This document shows, piece after piece, positions 18,827 to 28,775 of a DNA stretch of 64,000 bases. The translations under genes and the position numbers were made by a program. Under the pieces are notes generated by a model that made no database searches, was not told where the DNA came from, and worked only from the letters and a program-made list of their open reading frames with translations. The first letter of the stretch is position 1, and each line of letters begins with the position of its first letter. The DNA is from Brevundimonas sp. (GTDB lineage Bacteria; Pseudomonadota; Alphaproteobacteria; Caulobacterales; Caulobacteraceae): positions 5,447 to 69,446 of the forward strand of contig NZ_JBALUS010000008.1 of the NCBI RefSeq assembly GCF_036963785.1, read 5' to 3'.

Positions 18827-19234
18827 ATGGATCTCTTCGGCGAGGTGCAGGCGTGGATCTTGACCCACTTCCACCTCATCGCAGGGTTTCTGTTTCCGGC
18901 CATGGTCCTTTTGTGGATCTTGCCCGGGGTACTGGTTTCCATCATCGGCGATCAGCTACCTGACGCCGAGACGGGATACCGCAGCAGCGATGCCATTCCC
19001 TGCCTGCCACCTGCGCATCGCCGCTCATGGGCCTTTCTGTTCGGCAGGCGAGGCATGGAAGTTTCCGGGCCCACCGGGCGTTTTGTCATCCGGCTTATTC
19101 GGCTGCTTAGCGTTGTCGTGTACGGGACCCTGCTCATTCTCTTCGTCGCCTCCGCCACGGAGGGTTATGTCTTCGATCCCAACGCCGACATCCTGAAAAC
19201 GGACAGGCAGAGGAACGAGGCGCGAGGACAATAA
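18827..19234 (+). CDS. Hypothetical membrane protein, atypical composition
   Basis: ATG immediately after the pyrC stop; two hydrophobic segments; more AT-rich codons than its neighbours. Confidence 0.55.
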   Translation: MDLFGEVQAWILTHFHLIAGFLFPAMVLLWILPGVLVSIIGDQLPDAETGYRSSDAIPCLPPAHRRSWAFLFGRRGMEVSGPTGRFVIRLIRLLSVVVYGTLLILFVASATEGYVFDPNADILKTDRQRNEARGQ

Positions 19235-19249
19235 ATCGCACTCCCTGGG

Positions 19250-20185
19250 TTAGAGAGGCTCCAGGATGAACCCGGCGATGTCGGGGACGACCGGCGTGGC
19301 CAGCGGCAGGTCCGGATCGGCATAGGTGCGGATGTTGGCGGCCCGCTCGGCGGGGGCGACCTTGAGCACGTGATTGACGCCCTCCCAGACGACCAGGGTG
19401 GCGTCGGGCTGTGCGGCCTTCATCGCGTCGGAGTCGGTGGTGGTGACCTGGATGTCGGTAGTGCCCTGGGCGATCAGGACAGGGCCTTCATACGCCGCGA
19501 TCAGTTCGCGGGGATCGAGCGCCAGCCAGGACATGAGATAGGGCTGGACCGAGGGGCGGAAGAGCGCCTCCAGCCCCGGGATGGGCTCGACTTCGCGCCC
19601 GGCCTCGAGTTCGGCCAGCGCGGTGAAGGCCTGGGTCCGCATCGGCTCGGGCAGCTGCGGGCCCAGCTGTTCTTCGAGAATGATGCGGGCCGGGCGACCG
19701 GCACCGGACACCAGCACCAGACCACAGATGGCCGAGGTGTCGCGGTCGGTGGCGGCCAGGGCGACCAGCGCGCCTTCGCTGTGGCCGATCAGCCAGGCGC
19801 AGGACAGGCCCGCCTGCGCGGCAGCCTGTTCGGCCCAGCCGATGGCGTCATCGACCAGATGGGAGAAGCGCAGGTCCTGCTCGGCCATGCCGGTGAACAG
19901 GCTCTCGCCGACACCGCGCTTGTCATAGCGGACGGTGGCGATGCCCTGATCGGCCAGTCCCTCGGCCAGCAGGCGATAGGTGGACGACCGGATGCCCTGG
20001 GCGCTGTTGCCGTCGCGGTCAGTGGGGCCGGAGCCCGCGATGATGACGCCGACGGCGCGGGGGGCCTCAGCAGGGGCCAGCCAGGTGCCGTGCAGCGGGC
20101 CGGCGTCGGTCTGGAGGGTGACGGTGGTGCCGGGGTCCTGAACGGTCAGGGTGAGGGCGGCGGCGGCGATCAGGGCGGACAGCAT
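19250..20185 (-). CDS. Secreted alpha/beta hydrolase
   Basis: IAGSGPTDRDGN; RYDKRG; GHSEG nucleophile; GVNHVLK. Confidence 0.9.
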   Translation of the reverse strand: MLSALIAAAALTLTVQDPGTTVTLQTDAGPLHGTWLAPAEAPRAVGVIIAGSGPTDRDGNSAQGIRSSTYRLLAEGLADQGIATVRYDKRGVGESLFTGMAEQDLRFSHLVDDAIGWAEQAAAQAGLSCAWLIGHSEGALVALAATDRDTSAICGLVLVSGAGRPARIILEEQLGPQLPEPMRTQAFTALAELEAGREVEPIPGLEALFRPSVQPYLMSWLALDPRELIAAYEGPVLIAQGTTDIQVTTTDSDAMKAAQPDATLVVWEGVNHVLKVAPAERAANIRTYADPDLPLATPVVPDIAGFILEPL

Positions 20186-20213
20186 GGGGTGTCTCCGTCT
20201 TGAAGGAACAGGC

Positions 20214-20912
20214 TCAGAAGGGCTGGCGGTCGGGGTCGTTGCGCCAGACGCGCCAGCTTTCGACCGCTGCGAGGACAACGGCGCCCAGTACGGCCACGAC
20301 CACGGCGATGACGCCGAACGGCTGGGGCATGAAGGGTGCGCTCACCAGACCGAACAGGCCGATCAGGAATAGCAGGCGTCCGGCGAGGCGGTTGGAGCGC
20401 TCCCACGCCAGCTTGCTCTTGAAGGCCCAGGGCGTGCGCACCCCGACGACAGGGTTCGGCCCGACCCGGCCGAGGAAGGCCCCGGTCGCCATCATCAGGG
20501 CGCTGATGGCCGCCATGGGCGCGAGGGTGCCGATCGAGGTGGCGCCGGACAGGCTCAGCGCGGCAGCGAACAGGGAGGCTCCCGTAAGCGAGATCAGCGT
20601 CACCAGCTGGGCAAAGCGCAGGGCCCGGCTGCGGACGGGATCGCCGGCCTTGCGGGCAAAATGACCGAGACCACCACTGAGGGCGAGGGTGGCGAAACCG
20701 AGCGCGAGGATCAAGGCGCCGACGGTCTCGCGCCCGGCCCAGTCGTCGGCATCCCCGTGGACGTTGAAATGAATGGGCATCAGGCCGGTGGGGCCGGCGA
20801 AGAAGATCCACAGCCCGAGGCCCAGCAGGATGGCCGAGATGCCGAGAGTGGCCACATCGAGGGCCGAGGCGGGGGCGGATCGGCGGGTATCAGTCACGGT
20901 CCTTGTCTCCAT
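20214..20912 (-). CDS. SdpI-family immunity membrane protein
   Basis: MPIHFN..G.AD.W; PNPVVGVRTPW...AWERSNRLAG. Confidence 0.88.
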   Translation of the reverse strand: METRTVTDTRRSAPASALDVATLGISAILLGLGLWIFFAGPTGLMPIHFNVHGDADDWAGRETVGALILALGFATLALSGGLGHFARKAGDPVRSRALRFAQLVTLISLTGASLFAAALSLSGATSIGTLAPMAAISALMMATGAFLGRVGPNPVVGVRTPWAFKSKLAWERSNRLAGRLLFLIGLFGLVSAPFMPQPFGVIAVVVAVLGAVVLAAVESWRVWRNDPDRQPF

Positions 20913-21180
20913 CAGACGGGCTACGGGCCCCGGTGATCGACAGAAGGAAGGCCAGCGCTTCCTCCACGGCGGAAATGTCGAGGCGGTAGCGGATGGTGGT
21001 GCCGTCGCGCTCGGGGCTGACCAGCCCCGCCTCCTTCAGTGCATTCAGGTGGCCGGTGACGGTCGGCCAGGTCATGTCAAACGCCCCCGCGATGTCGCCC
21101 GACGCCATGGGACCTTTCCTCAGCATCTCGATGATCCGACGCCGCACGGGATGCGACAGGGCCTTGAACAGGGTGTTCAT
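20890..21180 (-). CDS. ArsR/SdpR-family autorepressor
   Basis: FKALSHPVRRRII...HLNALKEAGLV...G..IRYRL; overlaps the start of the sdpI-like gene. Confidence 0.92.
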   Translation of the reverse strand: MNTLFKALSHPVRRRIIEMLRKGPMASGDIAGAFDMTWPTVTGHLNALKEAGLVSPERDGTTIRYRLDISAVEEALAFLLSITGARSPSDGDKDRD

Positions 21181-21186
21181 GGGACT

Positions 21187-21211
21187 TTCCTAATTAGGAA
21201 AAGCCCTAAAT
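21187..21211. promoter_or_regulatory. Probable SdpR operator
   Basis: Perfect palindrome TTCCTAATTAGGAA plus an overlapping ATTTAGG...CCTAAT inverted repeat directly upstream of the ATG. Confidence 0.65.
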
Positions 21212-21228
21212 GCAAGGGTGAAGCATGT

Positions 21229-21354
21229 CGTCATCCTCGGACTTGATCCGAGGATCGGACCAGGTCGTCGTTTTCCTGTGACGCACAGAATGATTGGCCC
21301 CGCCGAACAGGGCGGAGGACTGCACCGATCCTCGGGTCAAGCCCGAGGATGACG
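21229..21354. repeat. REP-like element (GTCATCCTCGG...CCGAGGATGAC family)
   Basis: Two inverted self-palindromic arms: CGTCATCCTCGGACTTGATCCGAGGATC and GATCCTCGGGTCAAGCCCGAGGATGACG. Confidence 0.85.
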
Positions 21355-21361
21355 GGGGCTG

Positions 21362-21751
21362 TCAGATCGAGAAGCTGACGCCGCAGCCGCAGCTGGAGGC
21401 GGCGTTGGGATTGCGGATGACAAATTGGGCACCGGCGAGGTCGTCGACGAAATCGATCACGGAGCCGCTGAGGAAGGGCAGGGAGACGGGATCGACGAGG
21501 GCCGTGTGGTCGTCGTGGGTGATGCGGATGTCGTCGTCATCGGCGGATCCGACCAGGTCGAACCGGTACTGAAAGCCCGAGCATCCGCCGCCATCGACGG
21601 CAACCCGCAGCATCAGGGGCGTGCCCCTGGCCTCCGACAGGTGCCGCAGACGCGATGCGGCCGACGGGGACAGCGTCAGCCCATGGGCCGCGGCGCGGGC
21701 GCCGGCGTCGCCCGTGGCCTCGACCCGGAAGTCTGTGGATCGTTCGGTCAT
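21362..21751 (-). CDS. erpA: Fe-S cluster insertion protein (HesB/ErpA)
   Basis: GGGCSGFQY; [14 protein letters not shown]. Confidence 0.93.
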   Translation of the reverse strand: MTERSTDFRVEATGDAGARAAAHGLTLSPSAASRLRHLSEARGTPLMLRVAVDGGGCSGFQYRFDLVGSADDDDIRITHDDHTALVDPVSLPFLSGSVIDFVDDLAGAQFVIRNPNAASSCGCGVSFSI

Positions 21752-21785
21752 ACCGCCCTATATGAGGCCGCCACGGGCTACCGCA

Positions 21786-22994
21786 ATGCCTGTCACCCCA
21801 TCGGGATCAAGTCCGCTGACCGATCGTCGCCTCGCCCCCTATGCCCTGGATGCCGCAAACACGCTGGGACGGCGTGTGCCGGAGCCCGCCAGCCGGACGC
21901 GCACGGCCTTTGCCCGCGACCGCGACCGCATCATCCACTCGACCGCCTTTCGCCGGCTGAAGGAAAAAACCCAGGTGTTCGTGGCGCACGAGGGCGACCA
22001 CTATCGCACCCGCCTGACCCACAGTCTGGAAGTGGCGCAGATCGCCCGGTCGCTGGCCCATGCGTTGCGGCTGGACACCGATCTGGCCGAGGCCGTGGCG
22101 CTGGCGCATGACCTGGGCCACCCGCCGTTCGGCCATGCGGGCGAGGACGAGCTGCAGGCCTGTATGGAGCCGTGGGGAGGGTTCGATCACAACGTCCAGA
22201 CCTTTCGCGTCATCACCCGGCTGGAGGAGCGTTACCCGGATTTTCTGGGGCTGAACCTGAGCTGGGAGACGCTGGAAGCCGTCATCAAGCACAACGGCCC
22301 GGTCGACGGCATGCTGGATCGCCCGTCGTGGAAGCCGGTCGCGGAATTCTCGAAGGACTGGGACCTGAGGCTGGACAGCTTCGCCTCGCTGGAGGCCCAG
22401 GTCGCGGCCATCGCCGACGACATCGCCTACAACAACCACGACGTGGACGACGGGGTGCAGGCGGGGCTGTTCACCCTGGAGGACCTGATGGAGGTGCCGC
22501 TGATCGGGCCGATCCTGAAGGGCACGCGCGACGACTGGCCCGATCTGGATGCGCGCATGATCCGGCTGGAGGCCGTGCGGCGCATGATCGGGGCCATGAT
22601 CGAGGATGTGCTGGCCGAGACAGGGCGCCGGCTGAAGGCGGACGGGATCGGGACGGTCGAGGATGTGCGGAAGGCCCGGCGGATGCTGGTGGCCTTTTCG
22701 CCGGACATGCTGGCCGATCTGGGGGCGCTGCGGCGGTTCCTGTTCACGCGCATGTATCGCCACTATCGGGTCAATCGCACCCGCAGCCAGGCGCGGCGCA
22801 TCCTGTCGGAGATGTTCCAGTTGTTCCTGGCCGAGCCGGACATCCTGCCGCCGGAATGGGCCGAGCGGGCCTCCAGCGGCGATCCGGCCCGCCGGGCCCG
22901 GGCGGTCTGCGACTATATCGCCGGGATGACCGACCGCTATGCCATCGAGGAACACAGAAAGCTGTTCACACTCGATCTGGCGCTGGATCTGTGA
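21786..22994 (+). CDS. dgt: dGTP triphosphohydrolase
   Basis: [19 protein letters not shown]; [10 protein letters not shown]; [13 protein letters not shown]; [11 protein letters not shown]; start uncertain. Confidence 0.95.
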   Translation: MPVTPSGSSPLTDRRLAPYALDAANTLGRRVPEPASRTRTAFARDRDRIIHSTAFRRLKEKTQVFVAHEGDHYRTRLTHSLEVAQIARSLAHALRLDTDLAEAVALAHDLGHPPFGHAGEDELQACMEPWGGFDHNVQTFRVITRLEERYPDFLGLNLSWETLEAVIKHNGPVDGMLDRPSWKPVAEFSKDWDLRLDSFASLEAQVAAIADDIAYNNHDVDDGVQAGLFTLEDLMEVPLIGPILKGTRDDWPDLDARMIRLEAVRRMIGAMIEDVLAETGRRLKADGIGTVEDVRKARRMLVAFSPDMLADLGALRRFLFTRMYRHYRVNRTRSQARRILSEMFQLFLAEPDILPPEWAERASSGDPARRARAVCDYIAGMTDRYAIEEHRKLFTLDLALDL

Positions 22995-23072
22995 TTCGAA
23001 TGCAGGGACCGGGAGCGCTAGGATAGGCGCTCAGCCGCGCGATTCGCGGACGCATATGCATTGAGGCCCCTG

Positions 23073-23777
23073 ATGTCGCACGAAGACCCCCATCGCCAGG
23101 ATCCGGGCGCCGGTCGTGACCGGGGTGCCTATACGCCGCCGACCGACGAGGAGCTGCCGTTCCGCCGGGGCGGCGGCGGGTATGACGCGCGCCGCAGCGG
23201 CGTCGGCGGTCCGCCCGTCACGCTGATCATCAGCGCGGCCGTCTTGCTGCTGCTGATCATTGTCGTGGTCATCTATTACCGCGCCGGGGCCCGTGGGTCC
23301 GAGGACGCCCCGCCGGCCATCGGCACGCCCGTGGGCGAGCTCAAGGTCGAAGCCGCCGAGGATGCCCAGCCGGTCGATCCGGCCGCGGGCATCGACGTCT
23401 ATGACGACGCCGAGCCCATCGTCACCGCCCCGACCTATGTCCCGCCGCCCGAGGCGATCCAGCCTGATGCGCGCCCGGCCGAGGCGGCAACGCCGACTCC
23501 GGCCCGGCCTGCGGAACGTCCGACGGTGGCCGCGGGCGGCAATTCGGCGGTGCAGATCGGGGCCTTCTCGACGCCCGGGCTGGCGGACACCGAATACAGC
23601 CGGGTCGTCGGGCGTTACAGCCAGTACACCGAGGGTGCGGTGAAGCGGGTGCAGGAGGTGACCTCGTCCAGCGGATCGACCCTGTACCGGACCATGATCT
23701 CGGGCCTGAGCCGCGAGCAGGCGCAGGGGCTGTGCGATGCCATCAAGGCCTCGGGCGGCGACTGTATTGTGCGCTGA
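23073..23777 (+). CDS. ftsN: Bitopic SPOR-domain protein (FtsN-like)
   Basis: One TM segment, Pro-rich linker, C-terminal VQIGAFS...LCDAIKASGGDCIV; lies between dgt and nagZ. Confidence 0.7.
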   Translation: MSHEDPHRQDPGAGRDRGAYTPPTDEELPFRRGGGGYDARRSGVGGPPVTLIISAAVLLLLIIVVVIYYRAGARGSEDAPPAIGTPVGELKVEAAEDAQPVDPAAGIDVYDDAEPIVTAPTYVPPPEAIQPDARPAEAATPTPARPAERPTVAAGGNSAVQIGAFSTPGLADTEYSRVVGRYSQYTEGAVKRVQEVTSSSGSTLYRTMISGLSREQAQGLCDAIKASGGDCIVR

Positions 23778-23783
23778 GGCCCG

Positions 23784-24830
23784 GTGACGCGCGCCATCAT
23801 CCTGGGCTGTTCCGGCCCCCGTCTGACCGAGGCAGAGGCAGAGTTCTTTGCCGAGGCCCAGCCGTTCGGCTTCATCCTGTTCCGGCGGAATGTCGAAGAT
23901 CCCGAGCAGCTGGCTGAACTGGTGGCGGCGCTCAGGGGCTGTGTCGAGCACGAGGCGCCGGTCCTGATCGACCAGGAAGGCGGCCGGGTACAGCGGATGA
24001 TTCCGCCGCACTGGACCCGCTATCCGCCGGGCGCGGCCTATCTGAAGGCCAGCAATGATCTGGCGGGCGCGCGCGAGACGGCGCGGCTGGGGGCGCGACT
24101 GATGGCGCACGACCTGCACGCGGTGGGGATCGACGTCGACTGTCTGCCGGTGCTGGATGTGCCGGTGCCGGGCGCGCACGACATCATCGGTGACCGGGCC
24201 TATGCGGCCGACCCGGAGCAGGTCGCCGTGCTGGGACGGGCGGCGGCCGAGGGGCTGATGGCGGGCGGGGTCCTGCCGGTGATCAAGCATATCCCGGGGC
24301 ATGGCCGGGCACTGGCCGACAGCCACCACGACCTGCCGGTGGTCAATGCTGACCGGGCCCATCTGGAGGCCTGGGACTTCATGCCGTTCAGGGCCCTGTC
24401 CGATATGCCGATCGCGATGACGGCGCATGTCGTCTACGCGGCGCTGGATCCGGAAGAGCCCGCCACCACCTCGCGCATCGTGCTGGACATGGTCCGCGAC
24501 GAGCTGGGCTATCAGGGGCTGATCGTCTCGGACGACCTGTCGATGAAGGCGCTGAAAGGCGATCTGGAGCACCGCGCGACAAGCGCGCTGAAGGCAGGTT
24601 GCGATGTGGTTCTGCACTGCAACGGCGACATGGCCGAGATGCAGGCCGTGCTGGCGGGGTCCAAGAAGCTGAAGGGCAAGCGGCGGAAGCGCGCCGAGGC
24701 GGCGATGGCGCGGCGGGTGCGCCTGCCCGAGCCGCTGGATGTCATGGAAGGCCGCGCCCGGTTTGACCGGATGATGGCGCCCTGGCTGGAGGCCAAGGCC
24801 GGGCCGGATGTCGGGGAGGCGCAGGGGTGA
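23784..24830 (+). CDS. nagZ: Beta-N-acetylhexosaminidase
   Basis: LIDQEGGRVQR; KHIPGHG...DSH; SDDLSM. Confidence 0.95.
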   Translation: MTRAIILGCSGPRLTEAEAEFFAEAQPFGFILFRRNVEDPEQLAELVAALRGCVEHEAPVLIDQEGGRVQRMIPPHWTRYPPGAAYLKASNDLAGARETARLGARLMAHDLHAVGIDVDCLPVLDVPVPGAHDIIGDRAYAADPEQVAVLGRAAAEGLMAGGVLPVIKHIPGHGRALADSHHDLPVVNADRAHLEAWDFMPFRALSDMPIAMTAHVVYAALDPEEPATTSRIVLDMVRDELGYQGLIVSDDLSMKALKGDLEHRATSALKAGCDVVLHCNGDMAEMQAVLAGSKKLKGKRRKRAEAAMARRVRLPEPLDVMEGRARFDRMMAPWLEAKAGPDVGEAQG

Positions 24831-25666
24831 GCCGCACCTTCCAGCCGAACCTGAACTTTGCCGCGGTCGAGGCGGTCGAGCCGGAGGAGGCCTTTGTCGT
24901 CGATCTGGACGGCTATGAGGGGCCGCTGCATGTGCTGCTGGCGCTGGCGCGGAACCAGAAGGTCGACCTGCTGACCCTGTCGATCACGAAGCTGGCCGAA
25001 CAGTATCTGGCCTTCGTGCACGAGGCCCGGCGGCGGAACTTTGCCCTGGCGGCGGACTATCTCGTGATGGCGTCGTGGCTGGCCTATCTGAAGTCGCGCC
25101 TGCTGCTGCCGCGCACCGAGGCGACACCCGATGCCGAGATCCCGGCCGAGGAGATGGCGGCGGCGCTGGCGTTCCGCCTCCGCAAGCTGGAGGCGATGCG
25201 CACGGCGGGCGAAGCGCTGATGCGCCAACCGATCCTGAAGCGCGATGTCTTCACCCGGGGCGATCCCGAGGCCACGGTGATTGTGCCGTCCGACCAGATC
25301 GACGCCAGCCTGTACGAGTTGATGACCGCCTATGTCAGCCAGCGGCGGCGGGCCGAGCGGCGGGCCTATAATCCCGGCCTGCGGGTCGAGGCCTTTCCGC
25401 TGGAGGCGGCGCGCGACTGGCTGCGCGAGCGCCTGCCCCGCATGGAGGACTGGACCGCGCTGGAGGATGTGGCGCCGCAGGCCGAGGCGGCGGATGAGGC
25501 GGGCGAGCGCGAGGGCCCCAGCCCGGCCAGCTATGTCGCCTCGACGCTGTCGGCCAGTCTGGAACTGGTCAAGGAAGGGGCGCTGGATGTCACCCAGGCC
25601 GAGGCCTTTGCCGAGGTCTATCTGCGTCGCCGCGCGCACGGCCAGCCGCTGGAGCTGACGCCATGA
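24827..25666 (+). CDS. scpA: Segregation/condensation protein A
   Basis: YEGPLHVLLAL; AADYLVMASWLAYLKSRLLLP. Confidence 0.95.
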   Translation: MSRTFQPNLNFAAVEAVEPEEAFVVDLDGYEGPLHVLLALARNQKVDLLTLSITKLAEQYLAFVHEARRRNFALAADYLVMASWLAYLKSRLLLPRTEATPDAEIPAEEMAAALAFRLRKLEAMRTAGEALMRQPILKRDVFTRGDPEATVIVPSDQIDASLYELMTAYVSQRRRAERRAYNPGLRVEAFPLEAARDWLRERLPRMEDWTALEDVAPQAEAADEAGEREGPSPASYVASTLSASLELVKEGALDVTQAEAFAEVYLRRRAHGQPLELTP

Positions 25667-26355
25667 GCGAAGAGACCGAAGAAAAGAAGGGCCTGGCCTT
25701 CCGCCCCGACGACACCGAGATCGAACGCCGGGTCGAGGCGCTGCTGTTCGCGGCGGCGGGACCGCTGTCGGCGGCCGATATCGCCCGGCGCCTGCCCGAG
25801 GATGCCGATGTGGGCCGCGCCCTGTCGCGGCTGGTCGAGCGCTACCGCGACCGGGGCGTGACCCTGCAGGTGGTCGCCGATCGCTGGAGCTTCCGCACCG
25901 CGCCGGACCTCGGCTTTCTGATGACCGAGGAGCGCGAGGAGCCGCGCCGTCTGTCGAAAGCGGCGCTCGAGACCCTGGCCATCGTCGCCTATCACCAGCC
26001 GGTCACCCGGGCTGAGATCGAGAGCGTACGCGGCGTGTCCCTGTCGAAGGGCACGCTGGACCAGCTGCTGGAGATGGGCTTCGTGCGGCTGCGCGGACGG
26101 CGGCGCACGCCCGGCCGACCCGTCACCTATGGCACCGCTGACCGGTTCCTGGAGCATTTCGGCCTGGCCAGCCTGAGCGACATGCCGGGCGTGCGGGAGA
26201 TGAAGGCCGCGGGCCTGCTGGACATGTCGATGCCCAGCGGCTTTGAGGTACCGGACCCGGGGCGGGCCACGGACGGTGACGACGAACTGGACCTCCTGGA
26301 CCACGAGGACGCGCCCGAGTTTGCACAGGACTTTGTCGGCGAGCGCGACGGCTAG
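25663..26355 (+). CDS. scpB: Segregation/condensation protein B
   Basis: VEALLFAA; LSKAALETLAIVAYHQPVTRAEIESVRGV. Confidence 0.96.
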   Translation: MSEETEEKKGLAFRPDDTEIERRVEALLFAAAGPLSAADIARRLPEDADVGRALSRLVERYRDRGVTLQVVADRWSFRTAPDLGFLMTEEREEPRRLSKAALETLAIVAYHQPVTRAEIESVRGVSLSKGTLDQLLEMGFVRLRGRRRTPGRPVTYGTADRFLEHFGLASLSDMPGVREMKAAGLLDMSMPSGFEVPDPGRATDGDDELDLLDHEDAPEFAQDFVGERDG

Positions 26356-27272
26356 GCGGGCAAGCGAGTGACGCCGAGGATCCAGCCTTCCTCGGTCTCG
26401 ACCTGACGGATCAGGTCGTCGGAGGCGCCCTTGGGTGGGGCGAAGGCCGCGGCCAGTTCGCCGCGCTCATCCATATTGGCGAAGGCTTCGGCGGTGACGC
26501 GGACCTGGGCCTGGTCCTTGAACTCGCCTTCTTTCGGCTGGGCGTTGAACAGCGACGGCCAGACCTCGACGACAAGGGCGGACAGCGGTTCGAGGTCCGA
26601 GGCCTCCAGGGCGCGCCAGCCGGTGCCGAACGGCCAGACGGCGGCGGACGGATCCAGCTTCTTCAGCAGGCGGTTGACGGCAGCGATGCCGACCAGGGTC
26701 TGGCCGCCGACCGCGCCGGCGCCATGCATCTGCCAGACGCTTTTCGGCTGGAGGCGGCCCTCGCGAGCGGCACGTTCGGTGGCGCGGAACTCAGGGATGT
26801 CGGCGCCGGCGCCCTCGGGCGGCTTGGTCGCCGTCAGCCAGCGCTGGGTCTGTTTGGCGGGCGCCCCCCAGAACGGCCAGGCCTGATCGGTCATCAGCCG
26901 GTTCATCTTGGCCGCGACCTGATAGCGGTTGTTGGTGTTGTCGGCCTTGTCGACGACGTTCGCAGCAATGAAGTCCCACAGGCCACGCCAGCTGGTGTCC
27001 TTGAGGCCCAGCCGCTGGCCGGTGTCGACCGGATAGCCGAGGTTGAAGTCGAAGCCGACCAGCACCCGGTCGCCGCGTTTCCTGTGGTCAGCCAGCAGGG
27101 AGGCGATCAGGGCCTCGCCCTCGGCCCGCGAGGCGACATTGTGGGTCTCGGTGTAGAGGCGGAAGCGCACGTCGCGCTTGGCCACGCCGACCCACAGGGA
27201 CTGGTCGCCCAGCTTGCGCGTCTCGGCGGCGGTCCAGTCGGCGATCAGATAGGCGTCAAACAGGCGGGCCAC
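26352..27272 (-). CDS. Hypothetical protein, predicted RNase H-like fold
   Basis: Acidic motifs IADWTAA, VGFDFNLGYP, VEVWP, EEGWILG. Confidence 0.6.
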   Translation of the reverse strand: MARLFDAYLIADWTAAETRKLGDQSLWVGVAKRDVRFRLYTETHNVASRAEGEALIASLLADHRKRGDRVLVGFDFNLGYPVDTGQRLGLKDTSWRGLWDFIAANVVDKADNTNNRYQVAAKMNRLMTDQAWPFWGAPAKQTQRWLTATKPPEGAGADIPEFRATERAAREGRLQPKSVWQMHGAGAVGGQTLVGIAAVNRLLKKLDPSAAVWPFGTGWRALEASDLEPLSALVVEVWPSLFNAQPKEGEFKDQAQVRVTAEAFANMDERGELAAAFAPPKGASDDLIRQVETEEGWILGVTRLPA

Positions 27273-27372
27273 GGCGGGCGCTCCTCGGGGAAAGGCGAAA
27301 CAGGAATGGGCGGGCTTCTAGACCCGCAGGGACGGAACGCAAAGCCCAAAGGCGCGGTTCAGCCGCCGGGCT

Positions 27373-27888
27373 TTATGCGCGCAACAGGGCATCCAGATGC
27401 GACAGCCAGCGCCGCCCCAGCCGCAGGGCCTCGGACGGCGAGCCTTCGAGCGTGGGGGCCGTGGCGTTCCAGAGGTTCATCTCGAATTCGGGATAGCGGG
27501 CGTCCATGAACATCAGGCGCAGGACGACCAGTTCGGCCTCGGGGGCGAGGACGTCGAGAGCCTTGCGCGGCTCGCCGCGGCGCACCCGGGCGAGGACATG
27601 ACCGTCGACGATGATCTCCGCGCCCTCGATCTCCTCAAAGCCATAGACCAGGCCGTGGCCGCCCCGGGCCCAGAGGACGGCGATCTGGCCTTCGTCGAAG
27701 TCGAGCCCGGCGGCCTTGCCCTCGGCAGGCGAGAAGGCCTCGACTTCGGGGGCGACGCCGAGGGTCTTGAGCAGCGTGCGGCGCAGGCGGCGTTCGCTCT
27801 CCATCCACCAGGCGAGGGCCAGCATGAGGGTGGTCAGGGCCGCAGCGGCGAGGGCGACCAGCAGCAGGAACCGCACGGCCTCGCTCAC
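27373..27888 (-). CDS. Membrane-anchored hypothetical protein
   Basis: GTG start just after the xth stop; N-terminal TM segment. Confidence 0.7.
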   Translation of the reverse strand: MSEAVRFLLLVALAAAALTTLMLALAWWMESERRLRRTLLKTLGVAPEVEAFSPAEGKAAGLDFDEGQIAVLWARGGHGLVYGFEEIEGAEIIVDGHVLARVRRGEPRKALDVLAPEAELVVLRLMFMDARYPEFEMNLWNATAPTLEGSPSEALRLGRRWLSHLDALLRA

Positions 27889-27890
27889 CC

Positions 27891-28670
27891 TCAGTCCTCC
27901 AGCGTCACGACCACGGGCACGTGGTCACTGGGCTTGTCCATGTCGCGCGCCTGGCGGTGGGTCTGGACGGACCCGAAGCGATCGGCGGCCTGGGGCGACA
28001 GCAGGTGAAAGTCGATGCGGATGCCGTGGTCGCGCTGCCAGGCGCCGGCCTGATAGTCCCAGAAGGTATAGGTGCCATCGGGCTCGTGCCCCAGCTCATG
28101 GCTGTCCGACAGACCCAGATTGCACAGCGCCCGGAAGGCGGCGCGGCTTTCCGGCTGGAACAGGGCGTCGTCCACCCAGGCCTCGGGATTCCGCGCATCG
28201 TCAGGCGTCGGGATGACGTTGTAGTCGCCGCACAGGACGAAGGCTTCTTCCAGCGCCAGCAGGTCGCGCGCATGGGCGTTCAGGCGGTCGAACCAGCCGA
28301 GCTTGTAGGCGAATTTCTCGGTGCCGACCGGATTGCCGTTGGGCAGGTAGAGGCCGCCGACGCGAACGGGACGGGGGCCCTCGATGACCGCCTCGATATA
28401 GCGGGCCTGTTCATCTGACGGGTCGCCCGGCAGGCCCCTGCGGACATCCGAGATCGGCAGCTTCGACAGCAGGGCCACGCCGTTGTAGCTCTTCTGGCCG
28501 TGGGTCTCGACATTGTAGCCCAGCGACTCGAACGGCTCGCGCGGGAATTTCTCGTCCACGCATTTGATTTCCTGGAAGCAGGCCACGTCGGGCTGATGCT
28601 CTTCCAGCCAGGCGAGCACGGTCTCGAGGCGGGCGTTGACGGAGTTCACGTTCCAGGTGGCGATGCGCAT
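27891..28670 (-). CDS. xth: Exodeoxyribonuclease III
   Basis: MRIATWNVNS; QEIK; YLPNGN; GDYN; TFWDY; SDHVPV. Confidence 0.97.
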   Translation of the reverse strand: MRIATWNVNSVNARLETVLAWLEEHQPDVACFQEIKCVDEKFPREPFESLGYNVETHGQKSYNGVALLSKLPISDVRRGLPGDPSDEQARYIEAVIEGPRPVRVGGLYLPNGNPVGTEKFAYKLGWFDRLNAHARDLLALEEAFVLCGDYNVIPTPDDARNPEAWVDDALFQPESRAAFRALCNLGLSDSHELGHEPDGTYTFWDYQAGAWQRDHGIRIDFHLLSPQAADRFGSVQTHRQARDMDKPSDHVPVVVTLED

Positions 28671-28775
28671 GGGCGGGAAGCTAGTGCGATTTCCGGCGCG
28701 AGGCGAGGGCCACAAACGAAGAGGCCCGGAGCACCGAAAGACGCCCCGGGCCGGGATCGGAGTTGACCGTAGACC

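Noticed and set aside
22994-23073. Absence of argS between dgt and the SPOR gene as a rearrangement
   Set aside because: From my recollection, dgt lies next to ftsN in Caulobacter as well, so this is probably the family's normal order
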